DNA of 31,849 bases from Candidatus Eiseniibacteriota bacterium. Its GTDB lineage: Bacteria; Eisenbacteria; RBG-16-71-46. Positions 28,024 to 31,849 of the stretch are shown here, piece by piece. The first letter of the stretch is position 1, and each line of letters starts with the position of its first letter. Both the position numbers and the translations under genes were made by a program. The notes under the pieces were generated by a model. The model was not told the DNA's origin and did not search any database. It worked only from the letters and a program-made list of their open reading frames with translations. The stretch lies in assembly GCA_031370785.1 (NCBI GenBank), contig JANMQY010000098.1, positions 1 to 31,849 of the forward strand, written 5' to 3'.

Positions 28024-29163
28024 ATGAGGATCCTTCACGTGTCACGGTCAGCCGAGACGATTCGCGCGTTCCTGATCCCCACCATGAATGCTCAGAAACA
28101 GCTCGGCCACCAGGTATTCATCTGTGCGGCGGAGTCTCCACAGGCCGAGCAGCTTCGTAGCGCCGGCTTCGATGTGTTCACCCATCGCATGCCGCGCAGC
28201 CTGAACCCGTTGCGGGCGTTCCAGGCGATTTGGACCGTCCGGCGCGTGCTGGCCGATCAACGGATCGATGCCATCATTTGTCACACGTCGCTCGGTGCCG
28301 TCGTGGGAAGGCTCGCCGCCTGGATGGCACACACGCCGCGGGTCGTCTATTTCGTCCACGGACTGGCCTGCGGACCGGCGCAGGGATCGCTGTCGTGGCA
28401 GGTCCGTTACCAGGTTGAGAAGGCCCTGGGCTCTTTGACCGACGCAGTGGTCGTCATGAACGACTACGACGAGCGTCTCTCGAGGCGCGCTCCACTCGCC
28501 AAGAGCGCGGATGGCGTGTACCGGATCTCCAGCATGGGCGTCGACCTGCGCCGGTTCCCGACCGGTGGGTCCCGTCAGATCCGAGACCGAATCGGCCGCG
28601 AGCTGGGGATCGGGCAGAATCAGAAGCTCGTGCTGTGCACAGCCCGGCTCATTCCCGAGAAGGGCGTGGTCGAATTCATCGACGCCGCGAAACAGATCGC
28701 AAGTAGCCGGAGCGATGCCTTTTTCGCACTTGCCGGCACCGGTCCACTGTTCGAGAAGCTGAAACGCTCGGTGGAACGCGCCGGCATGGATGATCGTATC
28801 AAGGTGCTGGGATGGCGCAATGATGTGCCGGACCTGATGCAGTCGGCGGATATCTTCGTTCTGCCTTCCTACTTCATGGAGGGCCTGCCGGTGTCGATCA
28901 TCGAGGCCATGGCGTGTGGCAAGCCGGTGGTGAGCACGCACCACAAGGGCTGCGAGGACGCCGTCGTGGACCAGCAGACAGGCTTTCTCGTTCCCGTCAA
29001 GAACGTCCGGCCGCTCGTGGATCGGACCGTCCAGTTGCTCGACGATGAGACGCTGCGGGCGCAATTTGGGCAGGCCGGCCGGCGCAGAGCGGAGGAGCAC
29101 TTCGAGTTCGAGGCGTGCACGCGGCAGATCGTCGCGCTACTCGAAGAAACGATGCGCCGTTGA
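28024..29163 (+). CDS. Glycosyltransferase family 4
   Basis: MRILHV, ARLIPEKG, GWRNDVPDLMQSADIFVLPS, and EGLPVSIIEAMACG (E-x7-E). Confidence 0.93.
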   Translation: MRILHVSRSAETIRAFLIPTMNAQKQLGHQVFICAAESPQAEQLRSAGFDVFTHRMPRSLNPLRAFQAIWTVRRVLADQRIDAIICHTSLGAVVGRLAAWMAHTPRVVYFVHGLACGPAQGSLSWQVRYQVEKALGSLTDAVVVMNDYDERLSRRAPLAKSADGVYRISSMGVDLRRFPTGGSRQIRDRIGRELGIGQNQKLVLCTARLIPEKGVVEFIDAAKQIASSRSDAFFALAGTGPLFEKLKRSVERAGMDDRIKVLGWRNDVPDLMQSADIFVLPSYFMEGLPVSIIEAMACGKPVVSTHHKGCEDAVVDQQTGFLVPVKNVRPLVDRTVQLLDDETLRAQFGQAGRRRAEEHFEFEACTRQIVALLEETMRR

Positions 29164-29219
29164 CCGATGCAGGCCTGATCCCGCACGGGCCGGAAACCGA
29201 CACGTCGAAGGCCGCCTTG

Positions 29220-30047
29220 CTAGCGTCGCACTGTGAGATCCCGGATTGCCGCTGGCGGGATGACGTCGAGGGTCGGTGCGCTCACGACAATCGAGAGCAC
29301 CGAGACGTTGCCGGAGGCGTCGGTCGTCTTCATGGCGGCGTAGTAGGTCACGCTTCCCTGGAGGCCCGTGATCGTGAAAGTCTGGGTAGTTCCCGCGATC
29401 GCCGGCATGGGCTCGCCCGACACCGCCGTCGCCAGGGCCCAGTTCGCATCCGCGATCGGTATCGTCGAGTAGCGAATGTCGTAGCTCGCCGCGGTGCCGG
29501 TCGCGCCATCGTTGCCCGGCGCGGTCCAGCGCAGGGTGATGGACGTGCCGGTGGTCCCGGTGACGGCGAGGTCCGCGATTCTGCCCGGCGGCGCTGTGTC
29601 ACCGGACGTGGTCATGCTCCCGAAGTTGGAGTAGCCGGACCAGTTCGGCACTTCGTCGGCGATGCGCAGGATGAAGTAGTACGTCGTCAGGGGCGCGAGC
29701 CCGCGCACGCGAACCGAGTCCGTCGAGCCAACCGGCCGGGGCGCTGGAAGCCCGCTCACTCTGGTCGCGGCGTTCCACCAGGTGAGTGTGTCGGTTCCGA
29801 CGACGGACGTCGTCCGATACCGAAGATCGTACGTGCTCGCTGTGCCCATTGTACCGTCGTCACCAGAAGTGGTCCACGAGACCGTCAGGCTCGAGTCGGC
29901 AGCCGTCTGGGCGTCTGCACCGCGGGCCAGGAACAGCCCGATCACAACCGCGCCGAAGACGGCTCGGCTCAGGCCCGTTGGAACGAGGCGCTCGAAAGCG
30001 CGGGATCGGATGCGGAGCGTGCGCATGATGCAGTTCGTTGGAGTCAT
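29220..30047 (-). CDS. Secreted two-FN3-domain protein with permuted A strand
   Basis: ATG 30047 with AGGGGA RBS, signal peptide ending ADA-Q, two W.x.xG.DG..GTA..YD.RY...GL....TYY repeats, C-terminus DVIPPAAIRDLTVRR. Confidence 0.87.
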   Translation of the reverse strand: MTPTNCIMRTLRIRSRAFERLVPTGLSRAVFGAVVIGLFLARGADAQTAADSSLTVSWTTSGDDGTMGTASTYDLRYRTTSVVGTDTLTWWNAATRVSGLPAPRPVGSTDSVRVRGLAPLTTYYFILRIADEVPNWSGYSNFGSMTTSGDTAPPGRIADLAVTGTTGTSITLRWTAPGNDGATGTAASYDIRYSTIPIADANWALATAVSGEPMPAIAGTTQTFTITGLQGSVTYYAAMKTTDASGNVSVLSIVVSAPTLDVIPPAAIRDLTVRR

Positions 30048-30105
30048 ATTCGATCCCCTGTGAGATGAGACGCGAGGTGTGGTGGGCAAAGACCGCGAGC
30101 GCAAG

Positions 30106-30121
30106 GGCAGCTTCGGTGCCA
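30106..30121 (-). promoter_or_regulatory. Candidate sigma54 -24/-12 promoter
   Basis: Minus strand TGGCACCGAAGCTGCC has GG-N10-GC spacing, about 60 bp upstream of ATG 30047. Confidence 0.5.
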
Positions 30122-30494
30122 TATACGCCTTGCAGAATGCGGCGACATCTCGCGATGGGCGCCAACAAGCTGGCTGGCGCGAGATGCAGGCTGGGTCGCG
30201 CCGTGCGCATCGCACGGCCCGAAATGCACGGCCCCGAGGCTCAAGATGCACGGCGCTTGGAGGGTCCCAGCGGTACCGGAGCCCAAGTGTGGCTCGTACG
30301 CGACCGTAACGCATGACTCGGAGGTCGGAAGAAGTGGCGCGGGGCACGGTGAGTGTCCTCAGGCCGGACGCCCCGTGTCGCAACATTCGTGCCGGGGCAG
30401 GAGATTGCAGCTTATGCCGCTGGTTGGACTATGCTTGCACGACTTGTGACGCGTGGTTCGACGCGTTCGTGATGCCGGCCACTCGGAGGTCCCC

Positions 30495-31403
30495 ATGTCC
30501 GTTGGTGTTGAAGACCTCTCCTCCGCCCGGGCCGCACGACCCCCCGGAGAGCCCGCCCTGGCCATGAGCGTGGACGTGGAGGAATACTTCCAGGTGCAGG
30601 CCTTCGCAGGGCGCGTTTCCAGAGCGGACTGGGACCGCTGGCCAAGCCGTGTCGAAGCGAACACGGAGCGCTTGCTCGACCTGCTGGACGTGGCTGGTGC
30701 GCGGGGGACCTTCTTCGTGCTGGGCTGCGTGGCGGAAAAACACCCCGGCATCGTGCGCCGGATCGCCGCCGCCGGGCACGAGATTGGGTCTCACGGGATG
30801 TCCCACAGGATGCTTACCGAACTCTCACCGGACGAGATGAGGGAAGAAGCACGTGATTCGCGCCGGCTGCTCGAGGACCTCTCAGGGAGCCGAGTCGAAG
30901 GCTACCGGGCTCCCAGTTACACGATCAGCCCTCACACGCGCTGGGCCCTGGACATCCTGGTCGAGACCGGCTACACGTATGATTCCAGCATTTTCCCCAT
31001 CCGCGGGCGACGCTACGGCTATCCGAACGGCCCGACCCGGCCCAGCCGTCTCCCGACGGCCGCGTCAGCGATCGCAGAGTTTCCGATGACCACCATTGGA
31101 GCAGGCCCAGTTCGGATCCCCCTTCTGGCGGGATCGTATCTGCGCCTCCTTCCCTCCTGGGTATCTGAGGCCGCAGTGCGCTATCAGGTCCTCCGGAATG
31201 TTCCGCTGGTCGTGAACGTCCACACTTGGGAGATCGACCCCGGCCAGCCGACGATAGGGCCTTCGCGGGGCCGCGCCTGGACGCATTATGCGCGGCTCGG
31301 CGCCACCGCCGGCATTTTGATGCGGGTGCTGGGTCTGGGGCGCTTCGCGAGCATCGGCGACCGGCTCAGGGAGTTGGGCCTGCTGGGGTCGACTCCCCCT
31401 TAG
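30495..31403 (+). CDS. Polysaccharide deacetylase (CE4, PEP-CTERM/XrtA-locus subfamily, DUF3473-like C-terminus)
   Basis: SVDVEEYFQV, TFFVLG, GHEIGSHGMSH, GYRAPSY, YDSSIFP and HTWEIDP. ATG 30495 follows GGAGGT. Confidence 0.9.
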   Translation: MSVGVEDLSSARAARPPGEPALAMSVDVEEYFQVQAFAGRVSRADWDRWPSRVEANTERLLDLLDVAGARGTFFVLGCVAEKHPGIVRRIAAAGHEIGSHGMSHRMLTELSPDEMREEARDSRRLLEDLSGSRVEGYRAPSYTISPHTRWALDILVETGYTYDSSIFPIRGRRYGYPNGPTRPSRLPTAASAIAEFPMTTIGAGPVRIPLLAGSYLRLLPSWVSEAAVRYQVLRNVPLVVNVHTWEIDPGQPTIGPSRGRAWTHYARLGATAGILMRVLGLGRFASIGDRLRELGLLGSTPP

Positions 31404-31699
31404 CAACACCCGGTCCGGGCGGGGAATTGATTCTCGATGCCCAGAATGCACACGCATGGGTCGACCCGCTCGTCGAACGCAACCGGCCTGCTGGCGCCCA
31501 TTTAGGACTGGCGCCAGCCAGTTGCGACCGGTTGTCGGATTTCCATCAAGATGCGCCTCGAGCCTGCCGAAACAAGAGGTGGGCGGCCTTCATCGCGCTC
31601 TCCCCGTGCGGGAAGCGAATCCCCTGCTCCAGTCCATCACGCCTGCGGAAAAGCACCTTCAGAACGTCCCATCAGTGCTGGGAAAAGGAGACTGAGGCC

Positions 31700-31849
31700 A
31701 TGACGTTTAAGCACGAGCTGTCTCGCCGGCTGGATTTGCTGAAATATGGCGGCATCCTCACGGTGACCCTCGGCCTGATCGCGCTCGCTTCCTGCGCGAA
31801 GTCCCCCGGCCACGGCACTCCGGTCGGACCCACGCCGGTGGCTTCTGTG
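31700..31849 (+). CDS. 5' part of a predicted lipoprotein (runs off the window; not in the ORF track)
   Basis: RBS AGGAG then ATG 31700: MTFKHELSRRLDLLKYGGILTVTLGLIALASC-AKSPGHGTPVGPTPVASV, with lipobox LASC. Confidence 0.7.
   Translation, partial: MTFKHELSRRLDLLKYGGILTVTLGLIALASCAKSPGHGTPVGPTPVASV

Noticed and set aside
30393..30440. sigma54 promoter for the deacetylase (GGCAGGAGATTGCA, TGGACTATGCTTGCA)
   Set aside because: GG-to-GC spacing is 9 rather than the required 10 when aligned to the consensus.

Overview
GC-rich bacterial DNA; the protein repertoire resembles FCB-group lineages such as Ca. Eisenbacteria (inference only). The window is a cell-surface/exopolysaccharide locus. It holds a Wzx/Wzy-type export cluster on the minus strand: OM beta-barrel, short OPX, copolymerase, BY-kinase with a DUF4388/MshEN-like insertion, wzy and wzx, followed by a divergent RtcB-fold gene. 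Other EPS genes are a priming sugar transferase, a CDP-alcohol phosphotransferase, a GT4 and a PEP-CTERM-locus-type deacetylase. These are interleaved with secreted proteins, four of which end in a T9SS-type-A/FlgD-like C-terminal domain, including a ~2000 aa beta-helix/PKD/phosphoesterase/Ig-repeat protein. Three signals stand out. (1) An FN3 protein has a first domain lacking its A strand and a spare A strand at its C-terminus; the same spare strand ends an unrelated secreted protein, and both genes have sigma54-like promoters, suggesting donor-strand assembly. (2) The RtcB-like protein has an altered active site and sits in EPS context. (3) The tyrosine kinase carries a sensor-like insertion. 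No rRNA, tRNA, CRISPR array or mobile element was recognised. All family calls come from motif reading, not database searches.
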